From positions 1,860,001-1,924,000 of the forward strand of contig OX442314.1 in the NCBI GenBank assembly GCA_949358305.1: a stretch of 64,000 nt of DNA. Direction: 5' to 3'. The DNA comes from Strigamia acuminata. Its lineage: Eukaryota. Made by a program: the position numbers and the translations under genes. The notes beneath the pieces are model-generated. The model did not search any database and had not been told where the DNA came from. It was given only the letters and a program-made list of their open reading frames with translations. Positions 12,301-24,451 of the stretch are shown here, one piece after another. Each line of letters opens with the position of its first letter. Within the stretch, counting starts at the first letter, position 1.

Positions 12301-15300
12301 CCCGTGATCGACGTGATCGACGTTGACACATTTGAATACCGCGCCTCGTCCTCGGATCTCCGCGGAGGGTTCGAATGGAATTTACGCTTCAAATGGATCC
12401 CACTGAGCGAAACCCAAAAAATGTCACGTTCCGACCCGACCGAGCCATTCGAGTAAATAAATCGACTTCGATCGCAGGAAGTCGTTAAAACTAACCCGAA
12501 ATAAATCCAAACCCTAACCCGAACTCTTTTTTGTATCTCAAAAAAGAAGTCCCACGATCGCGGGAGGACTTTTCGCCATCGACCGAGTTTGGTTCGACAA
12601 ATTGGGCAAATACGACAAATCCCTCGAGATCTGGGGCGGCGAAAACTTCGGTAAGATGCTCGTAAACAATTCTAGATAATAAAATCTAAAAAAATCTAAC
12701 CGGAAACGGCCGACAAACGACAGAAATCTCGCTAAAAACGTGGTTGTGCGGCGGCTCGCTCCTCATCGCGCCGTGCAGCCGCGTGGGTCACGTGTTCCGG
12801 CCGCGTCATCCCTACTCGTTCCCGGATGGAAACTCCAACACGTATTCGCGCAACTGCGGCCGCATCGTCGAGGTGTGGCTGGACGAATACAAGCGGTTTT
12901 TCTACGAGGCGCGACCGGAAGCCCGCGACCAGCCAATAGGAAGCGTGCAGCAGCAGCGCCAGTTCCGTCAGAACCTGCGCTGCAAGCCGTTCAAGTGGTA
13001 CTTGGACAACGTTTATCCGGAACTCGAGTGCGCAGGCGCAAAATGCAAAGAGGAAGTGGTTGGTTTGGCTGACTGTTTTCTTGGTTTTAGGATGCCCAGC
13101 GGCGACGATTTAGGGTTGGGTCAATTAAAACAGGGCGAAATGTGTTTACTGTTCGACACGAGGGTGTTGCTCACCACCTGCGTCCTCGACACACCCTCGC
13201 AGGTGAGTGATCGCAGCGCCGCATCTTCTTCCTTTTTCGACATCACCTATTCCTTTGGAGTGTAAATAAATAATACGGAGTAAACAATAAATACGGTATT
13301 TTACCAAATAAGAGCCGCGGCTCTTATTCAAAACGGGCAGTCTGAGTCGCGGCTCTTAATCGAGGGCGGCTCTTATTACAATTGTTTACCATATTTTGAT
13401 TGGAATTTCAATTTTTTCATTGAAGTTTTACTTTTTTCCATTAAAATTTCACTTTTTTTCTTTGAAAATTCACATTTCAGCTGAAATCTCACTTTTTTCA
13501 GCTGAAATTTCACTTTTTCAGCTGAAATTTTACTTTTTCAGCTGAAATTTCACTTTTTCAGCTGAAATTTTACTTTTTCTGCTGAAATTTCACTTTTCAG
13601 CTGAAATTTCAGTTTTTTCTGCTGAAATTTAAAATTTCACTTTTTTCAGATGAAATCTCACTTTTTTCAGCTGAAATCTCACTTTTTTCAGCTGAAATCT
13701 CACTTTTTTCAGCTGAAATCTCACTTTTTTCAGCCGAAATTTCACTTTTTCTGCTGAAATTTCACTTTTCAGCTGAAATTTTAGTTTTTTCTGCTGAAAT
13801 TTAAAATTTAACTTTTTTCAGCTGAAATCTCACTTTTTTCAGCTGAAATCTCACTTTTTTCAGCTGAAATCTCACTTTTTTCAGCTGAAATCTCACTTTT
13901 TTCAGCTGAAATCTCACTTTTTTCAGCTGAAATCTCACTTTTTTCAGCTGAAATCTCACTTTTTTCAGCTGAAATCTCACTTTTTTCAGCTGAAATTTCA
14001 CTTTTTCAGCTGAAATTTCACTTTTTCAGCTGAAATTTCACTTTTTCAGCTGAAATTTCACTTTTTCAGCTGAAATTTCACTTTTTCAGCTGAAATTTCA
14101 CTTTTTCAGCTGAAATCTCACTTTTTCAGCTGAAATTTCACTTTTTCAGCTGAAATTTCACTTTTTCAGCTGAAATTTTACTTTTTTAGCTGAAATCTCA
14201 CTTTTTTCAGCTGAAATTTCACTTTTTCTGCTGAAATTTCACTTTTTCAGCTGAAATTTCACTTTTTCAGCTGAAATTTTACTTTTTCAGCTGAAATTTC
14301 ACTTTTTCAGCTGAAATTTCACTTTTCAGCCGCAATTTCACTTTTTTCAGCTGAAATCTCACTTTTTTCAGCTGAAATTTCACTTTTTCAGCTGAAATTT
14401 TACTTTTTCAGCTGAAATTTCACTTTTTCAGCTGAAATTTTACTTTTTCAGCTGAAATTTCACTTTTTCAGCTGAAATTTTACTTTTTCTGCTGAAATTT
14501 CACTTTTCAGCTGAAATTTCAGTTTTTTCTGCTGAAATTTAAAATTTCACTTTTTTCAGATGAAATCTCACTTTTTTCAGCTGAAATCTCACTTTTTTCA
14601 GCTGAAATCTCACTTTTTTCAGCTGAAATCTCACTTTTTTCAGCCGAAATTTCACTTTTTCTGCTGAAATTTCACTTTTCAGCTGAAATTTTAGTTTTTT
14701 CTGCTGAAATTTAAAATTTAACTTTTTTCAGCTGAAATCTCACTTTTTTCAGCTGAAATCTCACTTTTTTCAGCTGAAATCTCACTTTTTTCAGCTGAAA
14801 TCTCACTTTTTTCAGCTGAAATCTCACTTTTTTCAGCTGAAATCTCACTTTTTTCAGCTGAAATCTCACTTTTTTCAGCTGAAATCTCACTTTTTTCAGC
14901 TGAAATTTCACTTTTTCAGCTGAAATTTCACTTTTTCAGCTGAAATTTCACTTTTTCAGCTGAAATTTCACTTTTTCAGCTGAAATTTCACTTTTTCAGC
15001 TGAAATTTCACTTTTTCAGCTGAAATCTCACTTTTTCAGCTGAAATTTCACTTTTTCAGCTGAAATTTCACTTTTTCAGCTGAAATTTTACTTTTTTAGC
15101 TGAAATCTCACTTTTTTCAGCTGAAATTTCACTTTTTCTGCTGAAATTTCACTTTTTCAGCTGAAATTTCACTTTTTCAGCTGAAATTTTACTTTTTCAG
15201 CTGAAATTTCACTTTTTCAGCTGAAATTTCACTTTTCAGCCGCAATTTCACTTTTTTCAGCTGAAATCTCACTTTTTTCAGCTGAAATTTCACTTTTTCA

Positions 15301-17776
15301 GCTGAAATTTTACTTTTTCAGCTGAAATTTCACTTTTTCAGCTGAAATTTTACTTTTTCTGCTGAAATTTCACTTTTCAGCTGAAATTTCAGTTTTTTCT
15401 GCTGAAATTTAAAATTTCACTTTTTCAGCTGAAATTTCACTTTTTTCAGCTGAAATTTCACTTTTCAGCCGCAATTTCAATTTTTTCAGCTGAAATCTCA
15501 CTTTTTTCAGCTGAAATTTCACTTTTTCAGCTGAAATTTTACTTTTTCAGCTGAAATTTCACTTTTTCAGCTGAAATTTTACTTTTCAGCTGAAATTTCA
15601 GTTTTTTCTGCTGAAATTTAAAATTTCACTTTTTTCAGCTGAAATCTCACTTTTTTCAGCTGAAATCTCACTTTTTTCAGCTGAAATCTCACTTTTTTCA
15701 GCTGAAATCTCACTTTTTTCAGCTGAAATCTCACTTTTTTCAGCTGAAATCTCACTTTTTTCAGCTGAAATCTCACTTTTTTCAGCTGAAATCTCACTTT
15801 TTTCAGCTGAAATCTCACTTTTTTCAGCTGAAATCTCACTTTTTTCAGCTGAAATCTCACTTTTTTCAGCTGAAATTTCACTTTTTCAGCTAAAATTTTA
15901 CTTTTTCAGCTGAAATTTCACTTTTTCAGCTAAAATCTCACTTTTTTCATCTGAAATTTCACTTTTTCAGCTGAAATCTCACTTTTTCAGCTGAAATCTC
16001 ACCTTTTCAGCTGAAATTTCACTTTTTCAGCTGAAATTTCACTTTTCAGCTGAAATTTCACTTTTTTCAGCAGAAATTTCACTTTACATTTACCCAACCA
16101 GTTGCACTAGTCGTTTAGTGCAAATGACTTTTCAAATGCACCTACTGAGTCCCACGGAAACGATCTTTACAAATTAAGGAAAATTGGGCGAAAATATAAA
16201 ATTTATTTGGGTGTAGCAAGATATACATTATTTTCCAATTACAAAGTTGTAGAGCAAGATTTAGTTATGTTTATTAGTTGTGGGGATATTTTTTTGAGAA
16301 AAAATGAAAAGAATATTTCCTCAGTCAATCAACACTGTACCAAATGATTAAAATGTAATGAACGACACTTTGATTTCCTAAATTTAGTGAAACAATCTTA
16401 TAAGTTATAACTATAAAAAATTGAAAAAAAAATTTCAAATTCATAATGCTATTGCGCAAAGAGCCCAGTTTTGCATTGCCCATGATGGCATGCAGTGTTA
16501 AACATATTTTGTAATTCGATTTATTGATGTTTTCACCTTCGTACAAAGATTGAACACTAAATTCAGAAAATAAAAACATCCTTCATTCCATTCTATTCAT
16601 TTGGCATACCGAAGAAACATCCTTCTCATAAAAATTTCCCCATAACAGATCACGTTTCCAAACTAACTAAATGGTGCTCTACAACTTTGTAATTGGAAAA
16701 TAATAGGCGCGTTTAATTTCAAATCGAAAAACCGATTATCTCGATTTTGCCTGGCAGAAATGATGCAAAACACGTCATATTTTTGAGAATCGATTATAAT
16801 AATCCACGTGTGGGATGGATTCTTTGGATTTTGACCCGATTTCAAAATGTAAATTTATTTAAATTATTATTATTATTATTATTTGTTTAAGAACGGAAAA
16901 TCGGCCAAACACCGGCCGCATTTGTGCGATTAATGCGGCCTGTGTTCGGCCGACTATCGGTGCTCGGTTTCGACGTGAAACTAAGCACTTTTTGACCGTA
17001 TTCGTGCGATCGAATGCGGCCGGTGTTTGGCAGATTCCCCGTTCTTAAATAAATAATAATAATAATTTATATAAACTTACACCTTTGCAATCATAACTGC
17101 GCATGCTCAAGATAATCAAAAACTTGATTATATAATCGGTTTTTAACACGTTCAAAGTTAAAAACCGATTTTTTAATCAAGATTTTAGAAATTTGGAATT
17201 GAATGCATCTAATGCTATAAATGCACACAAATAAATTTTATACGTGCGCCCAATTTTTTTAATTTATAAAGATCTTTTTTCGTGGGACACGGACTCTGAG
17301 CTTTCGACTGCCTAGGGGTCTCCACGGGGTTTAATCCGGCCCGTGTCAACCCCACACGCTGCACCCCCAATTGCTACGGTACTGATAATAATAATAAGAA
17401 AAATAATAGTATTTTTTTGGCATTTAGGAGTGGGTCTACACGAAGACCGGTGCCGTGCGTAATCGTGAGTCGTGCCTGGCGAGCGACCAGTGGGTCGTGA
17501 CCGCAGATGGCTGCGATGACAGCGAGGCGCAAGTGGGTGTTTTTATTCGAATTTATCGCAATTATTCAATTTGTTTTGAGGTTTTTTATTTCTTGTTTTT
17601 TAATTTAGAAGTGGATAAGGAGGAACCGGTTCATCGTCCACTCCGTGACGGGGCTGTGTCTGGATTCTGCGCCTGCGCCGAACGTTACGCTCGCGGTCTG
17701 TCGGCGGAATTCGTTCTCGCAGTTGTGGGATTTTTCAGTCGAGTTGCAGTCCGCGGATATTTTTGCTGCGAGATGA
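9342..17776 (+). CDS. Polypeptide N-acetylgalactosaminyltransferase (GALNT2/14/16, pgant2-like), multi-exon
   Basis: Type II anchor [42 protein letters not shown] (DxH), [24 protein letters not shown], then C-terminal ricin-like lectin exons; stop TGA 17774-17776. Confidence 0.9.
10700..11460. repeat. Intronic tandem repeat, 20/21-bp unit cctaaaattggattttttgg
   Basis: Visible array in a GALNT intron. Confidence 0.9.
13400..16085. repeat. 2.7-kb intronic satellite, 20/21-bp unit cagctgaaatYtcactttt(t)t, with about 910-bp higher-order blocks
   Basis: Visible array; variant units recur at offsets of about 910 bp (13801, 14711, 15618). Confidence 0.95.
16145..17292. mobile_element. Nested non-autonomous inverted-repeat elements (MITE-like)
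   Basis: Outer imperfect IR gtcccacg..gatctttacaaattaa..aattgggcg (16149-16190) versus 17247-17290; IR at about 16228-16258 versus 16675-16703; inner IR of about 80 bp spanning 16848-17081. Confidence 0.6.
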
Positions 17777-18784
17777 GTTTTGTTTTGATTTTTGGAGTTT
17801 TTTTGACTGTGATATGAAATGAATAAGGTCTCAAATTTGTAAATTAAAGTATTTTATATATCAGTTTACCGTGTTTATTATTTAAGAATTTCTACGGCGC
17901 TTTGGGAATGAAATTGTCGGTAGGTGGCGCCATGTACTTGACAGAAACGTCGCATGGCGTATAAATTTCGATATTATAAGCGTAAAATAATACCTCTAAT
18001 TGATTCGTGATGTCTACAGGATTGAGTTTGATCATACAAGTGCAGTATTGGTTTAAGTTTGAAACAGCAAACTCAACAAATTGAATTTCAAAATATCAAA
18101 TTCAGCCACATTTTTTCTTTACAACACCGAATTCAACCCTAGCTCACGCCAACTTTGAAATATAGATGGCGCCACTGTTTTCCCACAGACTTGCATGTTT
18201 TTCCAGTCTACAGTGGTTTGTAACCCCGAGTTCACGCCAACTAAGAAACACAGATGGCGCCACCGCATCCCTAGTACACATTTGCTAAATGACTAATTTT
18301 CATCCAATTCTTCACTTTAAAAATTTATTTCCCACTTATTCAAGCATGATAAGTACGATTTTTATACAATTTTTCAGAAAAAATGTATATTCAAAAAGTT
18401 TTATTTCTGTGTTTTTATTTAAGTTTTCCCCCTTTAAATGAGGGAATTAAAAGGGATTCTCCCCTCTTTTTATAAGGATTAAAAGGGGTAGCATGTCTCC
18501 CCTTTTTTTTACTTGGCCATTTAATTTATGTTTTAAAAAAAAACACGGTTTGGTGGACGGTGGTTTGGCCAAACACGCACGCCCGAACGCTGGTCCGCCC
18601 GCCCGCCCAAACGCTCGTCAGCCCGCCCGGTCAAATCAAAAATAAAAAAATTCGGCCAAACACCCACGGTCGAATCGACAAAAAAAAAATGGTCTTATCC
18701 ACTCAGCCATGCCGGCCCAACCGCACCTTCTACGGAATCGACACCGTCGAATCCGCGTCCGTTTTGGATTCGACGGTGGTCGGG

Positions 18785-20380
18785 TATCAAAAAACGTAAA
18801 TTTGTTTTTAATTTAACAAGTTAAATTGCATTTTCCTGCATTTTAACATATTAGATTTGTAATTTTGTACATTTTAGCACAAAAAATGGGCATTTACCTG
18901 TGTTCTAACGCATAAAATGTTCATTTACCTGCATTTTAACACATAAAATGTGCATTTTCCTGCATTTTAATGCATAAAATGTGCATTTACCTGTGTTCTA
19001 ACACAAAATGTGCATTTATCTGTTGTCTCACATAAAATGTGCATTTACCTGCAGTTTAATGCATGAAATGTGCATTTACCTGTGTTCTAACGCATAAAAT
19101 GTGCATTTACCTGTGTTCTAACACACAAAATGTGCATTTTCCTGCAGTTTAATGCATAAAATGTGCATTTACCTGTGTTCTAACGCATAAAATGTGCATT
19201 TACCTGTGTTCTAACGCATAAAATGTGCATTTACCTAGATTTTAATGCATAAAATGTACATTTTTCTGCATTTTAAAACGTTAAACGTATATTTTCCTTC
19301 ATTTCAGCACATTAAAATAACATTTTCGTGCATTTTTAATCATGAAATGTGCATTTTCGTGCAATTCAGCACATTTTGCCACATTTTTTGAAATCAATTG
19401 GCACACATTTTCACACATTTTTACACATTTTATACATGTGGTTACAGATCTTCAACTTTGAATGTCTTGATTGTTTATGATCAAATCTGAATTTTTCTTA
19501 CAACAAATTAAAGGGGAGACTTTCCTCTTTCCAACCATGATAGGCAGATGTCTCTGGGACAATTAGATGGAGATCGGCGAGTGTTTGAAAATATCGAAAA
19601 TAAAATTTGGAAAACAAAGTGAATTTTCTTAGGATACGTGAAATGTTAAAAATGCACAGAAATGCCACTTTTTATACACAAAACTCCGCATAAATGCGTT
19701 TTTAGAGTGCAAAATATTAAATATGGATGATGAGTATGGACCGGATAAATGCATAAATGCATGCAAATAATTTTTATTGAATAAAAAGCCGAAATTGGCG
19801 ATAAATGCATATTTCGGAAAAATCAAAAATAAATGCATAAATCGCCATTTTTCCGAAAAAAAATGGCGATTTGTGACGCCCGATTGGGCGCCCGATTACC
19901 ATTGCTTAGTGTCGATGGGAGATTTAACACTTTCATGCCGCTTTCGAGCACTTACAAGCGGGCCGGTGATTAACAACGAACCACCGGACAAAAACCACCT
20001 GTCACAAAACAAAACAAAAAAAATGCAAAAACACACGAAAACTACTCACATCTCAATAAATTATAACAAGCAACCATGGCAAGTAACCAAACATATCGAA
20101 AATTAACCACGAAAAAAAAGAGAAAAAAAATTAGAAGTTACGTCGATCGACGGCGATCCACTCAGCCATGCCGAACAAAACGCATCAACTCCGGCATGAA
20201 AACTCCCCAACACCGTGAAACCCAAAAACGGCTTGAAATTCCAAATTTCCATTCCTCCATGAATAAAATCAATAACCGGGAATATCAAATACAACTTTTT
20301 ATTTAAAAAAAAGTAATGACGATTAATTAAAATTAAAATTAAAAATTAAAATTAAAAAATGAATAACTTTTAACTCACAC
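18785..20380. repeat. Duplicated ~1.6-kb element, copy A (internal 30/31-bp satellite, 14-bp stem-loop)
   Basis: Homologous to 20749-22510; hairpin AAATCGCCATTTTT...AAAAATGGCGATTT near 19840-19872. Confidence 0.7.
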
Positions 20381-20748
20381 TTGATGGTAAGCGGTTTTTT
20401 ACATGCACGTCTGGCAGTTGGTGTCGCCGAGTCTAATTTTATCCACATTGTCACACGATTCATTTTCTTTTGAATTTATGGGATTGAAAAAAAATTGACT
20501 TCTCATATTCATTTCGTATCTGTTATTTTATTTGTGCTTGAGAACCGAGAGGTCTTCCGGATAACCTTTAACTTGTTTCACAATTTCATTCATTTTACCA
20601 GTGTTGTATCTCTTTCACTAACTTGTAAATATTGTGAACGCGTTCAAGTTTACGTTCACGCTCACTGTAATTTTTTCAAGTTTGTGAACTTGAACCACAC
20701 GAAGAGAAATATAGGTGTTGAAAGGTATAAGCGCATTTTTTACACTTT

Positions 20749-22510
20749 GTATCAAAAAACGTAAATTTGTTTGTAATTTAACACGTTAAATTGCATTTTC
20801 CTGCATTTTCCTGCATTTTCCTACATTAGTTTTTGTATTTCCCTGCATTTTAACATACTAGATTTGTAATTTTGTACATTTTAGCACAAAAATTAGGCAT
20901 TTTCATACATTTTAACGCATTAAATGAGCATTTCCCTGCATTTTGACGCATAAAATATGTGCATTTGCCTGCATTTTAACGCATAAATGCGAGTTTACCT
21001 GTGTTCTAATGCACTAAATGTGCATTTACCTACATTTTAACGCATAAAATGTGCATTTTCCTGAATTTTAAAACGTTAAGCGTATATTTTCCTTCATTTC
21101 AGCACATTAAAATAACATTCTCGTGCATTTTTAATCATGAAATGTGCATTTTCGTGTATTTTTAATCATGAAATGTGCATTTTCGTGTATTTTTGATCAT
21201 GAAATGTGCATTTTCGTGCATTTTTGATTATGAAATGTGCATTTTCGTGCATTTTTAATGATAAAATGTGCATTTTCGTGCATTTTTAATGATGAAATGT
21301 GCATTTTCGTGCATTTTTAATGATAAAATGTGCATTTTCGTGCATTTTTAATGATGAAATGTGCATTTTCGTGCATTTTTAACGATGAAATGTGCATTTT
21401 CGTGCATTTTTAATGATGAAATGTGCATTTTCGTGCATTTTTAATGATAAAATGTGCATTTCAGCACATTTTGCCATATTTTTTAAAATCAATTTGCACA
21501 CATTTTCACACATTTTATACATGTGGTTACAGATCTTCAACTTTGAATATCTCGGTTGTTTATGGCTTTCCTCTTTCCAACTGTGTTAGATAGAAGTCTG
21601 TGGGACAATTAGATGGAGATCAGCAAGCGTTTAAAAATATCAAAAATAAAATTTGAAAAACAAACTGAATTTTCCTGGGTACGTGAAATCTTAAAAATGC
21701 ACAGAAAATGCTAATTTTTATATGCAAAACTCCGCATAAATGCGTTTTTAGAGTGCAAAGTATTAAATATGGCATTTATTTATTTTTGATGAGTAGGGAC
21801 CGGATAAATGCATAAATGCATACAAATAATTTGTATTGCATAAAAAGCCGAAATTGGCGATAAATGCATATTTCGGAAAAATGAAAAATAAATGCATAAA
21901 TCGCCATTTTTCCGAAAAAAAATGGCGATTTGTGACGTTATTTAACGATGCGTAACGTTTGATGAGTTTTAGTTTTGAATTGTATGCTGTTTTTTTGTTT
22001 TTTTTAATTTGTTTTCGAAAAATATTTCTTTCATATGAAATCCCATCATTGATAAGGATTTCGGAAATTTTCAGCCGAATTCAAGCGGCTTTCAAGCACT
22101 GGCAAGCAGGCCGGTGGTTAAAAACGAACCACTGTACAAAAACCACCTGTCACAAAACAAAACAAAAAAAATGCAAAAACACACTAAAACTACTTAGATT
22201 TCAATAAATTATAACAAGCAACCATGGCAAACAACCAAACATATCGAAAATTAACCACGAAAAAAAAAAGAAAAAAAATTAGAAGTTACGTCGATCGACG
22301 GCGATCCACTCAGCCATGCCGAACAAAACGCATCAACTCCTGCATGAAAACTTCCAAACTCCGTCAAATCCAAAAACGGTTAGAAGTGCCAAATTTTCAT
22401 TCCCCCATGAATAAAATCAATTACCGGTAATATCAAATAAAACTTATTATTTAAAAAAAAAATTATGATAATTAATTAAAATTAAAAAAAGAAAGACTTT
22501 TGACTCACAA
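20749..22510. repeat. Duplicated ~1.7-kb element, copy B
   Basis: Shares start (tatcaaaaaacgtaaatttg), satellite, hairpin (about 21898-21931) and downstream block with copy A. Confidence 0.7.
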
Positions 22511-23071
22511 ACACTGTTATAACTTGTTTGTTATTCTCTTGATGATGAGTGTTGGAACGAGTTGTTTGCTCTACAACCTTGGCTGATGAAATGATAAAAT
22601 CTCCCCTCCCTGTGCACAGCTGTTGCATCGAATAAATTAGGCGACCTCAGTGGTTCACGCCTCTTTCTTGTGTGAATGTTGTGGTCAGCACTCTTCTGTT
22701 GTGGTCACTCTGCCTATCATTAAATCCTTTTAACAAACTATTTGCTGCCAGTCATCGCCCCTAAAGTTTATAGGCGCCGGGCCCGTATAAACGCCGGGTT
22801 CAAATTGGCGCCGGGTTAATATAACGTCCAGATAACGTTCGCAGACTTTCAGATAACGTTCGCACGCGGTCGGTCGGTCGGTCGGTTTGGTTCATTTCCT
22901 TTGGCAAGGCAGCAAAATGGCTCCAATCAAAAAGAATCATTCGTAGGACTTTGAATTTAAATTGCATAATTGTAATACACTTATTATTCAAAAAAAAATT
23001 TTCCCGAACAGTAATTTATGCATTTTTTTTTGTTAAGCGCCTGGTTCATTTAAACGCCGGGCGGCGCGCGG

Positions 23072-23246
23072 CGATATTCGCATTTGGCATGTAAATGGAT
23101 AGAGTGGGTTACGAAACAAACCAGTCAGTTTATTCGCCATGCCAAAAACGATGGTGAAGTTTAACTTTTAGGCCATTACGTCGACGGATATTGCGAGGAA
23201 ACCAAAACAATTTTTCAGTTTGAGGGTTGCGCATTTCACGGATGCC
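23072..23246 (+). pseudogene. Polinton/Maverick-type protein-primed DNA polymerase B fragment (VSR-like nuclease region)
   Basis: Translates RYSHLACKWIEWVTKQTSQFIRHAKNDGEV*LLGHYVDGYCEETKTIFQFEGCAFHGC, matching the I.HA.N.GE...VDG...F.GC..HGC signature; one in-frame stop. Confidence 0.75.
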
Positions 23247-23498
23247 GAATATAACGAATATAACGAATTAACATCGAAATAAGAGCAACAATCAAAGTCA
23301 GTGATCCATATCGTATCCAGACATGTCGGAAATATTAAACGATATATAGAAAACTATAACAACAAATTCCTAATTCTTAACATCCATATCATATCGAATC
23401 GTGATTTTTATTGAGAAATTATATGATATCGAACTGAAAATCCACAGTTTGGACTCGTTACAAACACCACTTTAAATACAGGAAATAGAAAAAAACGG

Positions 23499-23882
23499 TT
23501 ACAATCGAAATTGTTTCAGAAACCATTTTTTGAAATAAAGACATTCAAGTTTCGGGCAATGTGCAATTTTTCCTTTTTTGATGTATTTGTGCAAGTCGCA
23601 AATCACGTTAAAATCTTGCCCATCGTACAGATCAGAAAACTTTGGGCAACCAAACTCCCATTCAATAATTTTACACATCAGACAGATAAAATTCAATTCA
23701 GCGATGGATTTATAGCAGAGATTCAGCGATGTATTTAAAGCACACTCAGCTTTTTGGCGGGAAAAATTTATAGCACCCAGGAAGTCCTCATGACGCGGAT
23801 AGTTATAGCACAGGATGCCACGCAGTAGTGCTATAAAATCCACTTCTTGTAGTGCTGTATCTACGTACATACTACTTCTCAT
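23499..23882 (-). CDS. Small Cys/His-containing ORF, probably Polinton-associated
   Basis: 127-aa ORF with EFGCPKFSDL...C.LH......HC pattern next to the polB fragment; family assignment is from memory only. Confidence 0.4.
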   Translation of the reverse strand: MRSSMYVDTALQEVDFIALLRGILCYNYPRHEDFLGAINFSRQKAECALNTSLNLCYKSIAELNFICLMCKIIEWEFGCPKFSDLYDGQDFNVICDLHKYIKKGKIAHCPKLECLYFKKWFLKQFRL

Positions 23883-24212
23883 TTCTTCTGCCTGGTATAA
23901 AAATAGGAGAAAAGTATAGAATTAATCAATGACCCAATTAAAATGAAGGCATACGCATACTTGTATGGACAAAAAAACAGTGGTTTTACATTACTGCTGG
24001 GACATTTTTTTTGTCCTTGGGTGTACAGCATTTCCGGTATAGTCATCGCGCGTTTGGGTTTGTTTTGCAAAATTGTATTTTTATGAAAATAAAAAAATTA
24101 ATTTTTCATAATTTTTTTATGTTGTGTTAAAGCATGATAGAAATAAAATTTTAAGTTTCAACAGGAAATTTCTAATATTTTGCCAGACAAAACATCGGAT
24201 GCTGGATGCTGC

Positions 24213-24222
24213 GCGCATGCGC
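24213..24222. promoter_or_regulatory. NRF1/Ewg-like palindrome upstream of RPAP1
   Basis: GCGCATGCGC about 230 bp before the RPAP1 ATG. Confidence 0.35.
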
Positions 24223-24451
24223 TTCGTTTTCCGACACCAGCGCTCTCTGTCGTTCGTAATTAGCGGCGCTAAAAGAGTTTAATGCGCTAATAACCCAAAA
24301 AGATCTTTCGGATCGCTGTACAATTTTACCCTGTCCAATTAAAATTCTCCTAAAATCTTATGAATCTAAGAAAAACTGGAAAAATTCTCATTTCCGACAT
24401 GCTGATTTTGACTGTGGGGTGACATCTCGCGGCGAGTATTGTAGATGAGTA

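Noticed and set aside
13801..15881. Repetitive ORFs (FQLKKVR)n, and similar ones at 3139-3658, 8213-8446, 11178-11502 and 35240-35620
   Set aside because: By-products of tandem repeats with unit lengths divisible by 3, lying in introns or intergenic DNA.
13400..16085. CRISPR-like array
   Set aside because: No unique spacers, no cas genes, eukaryotic intronic context.
20380..20748. Unique spacer between the duplicated elements as a captured exon
   Set aside because: No convincing ORF or recognisable motif on either strand.
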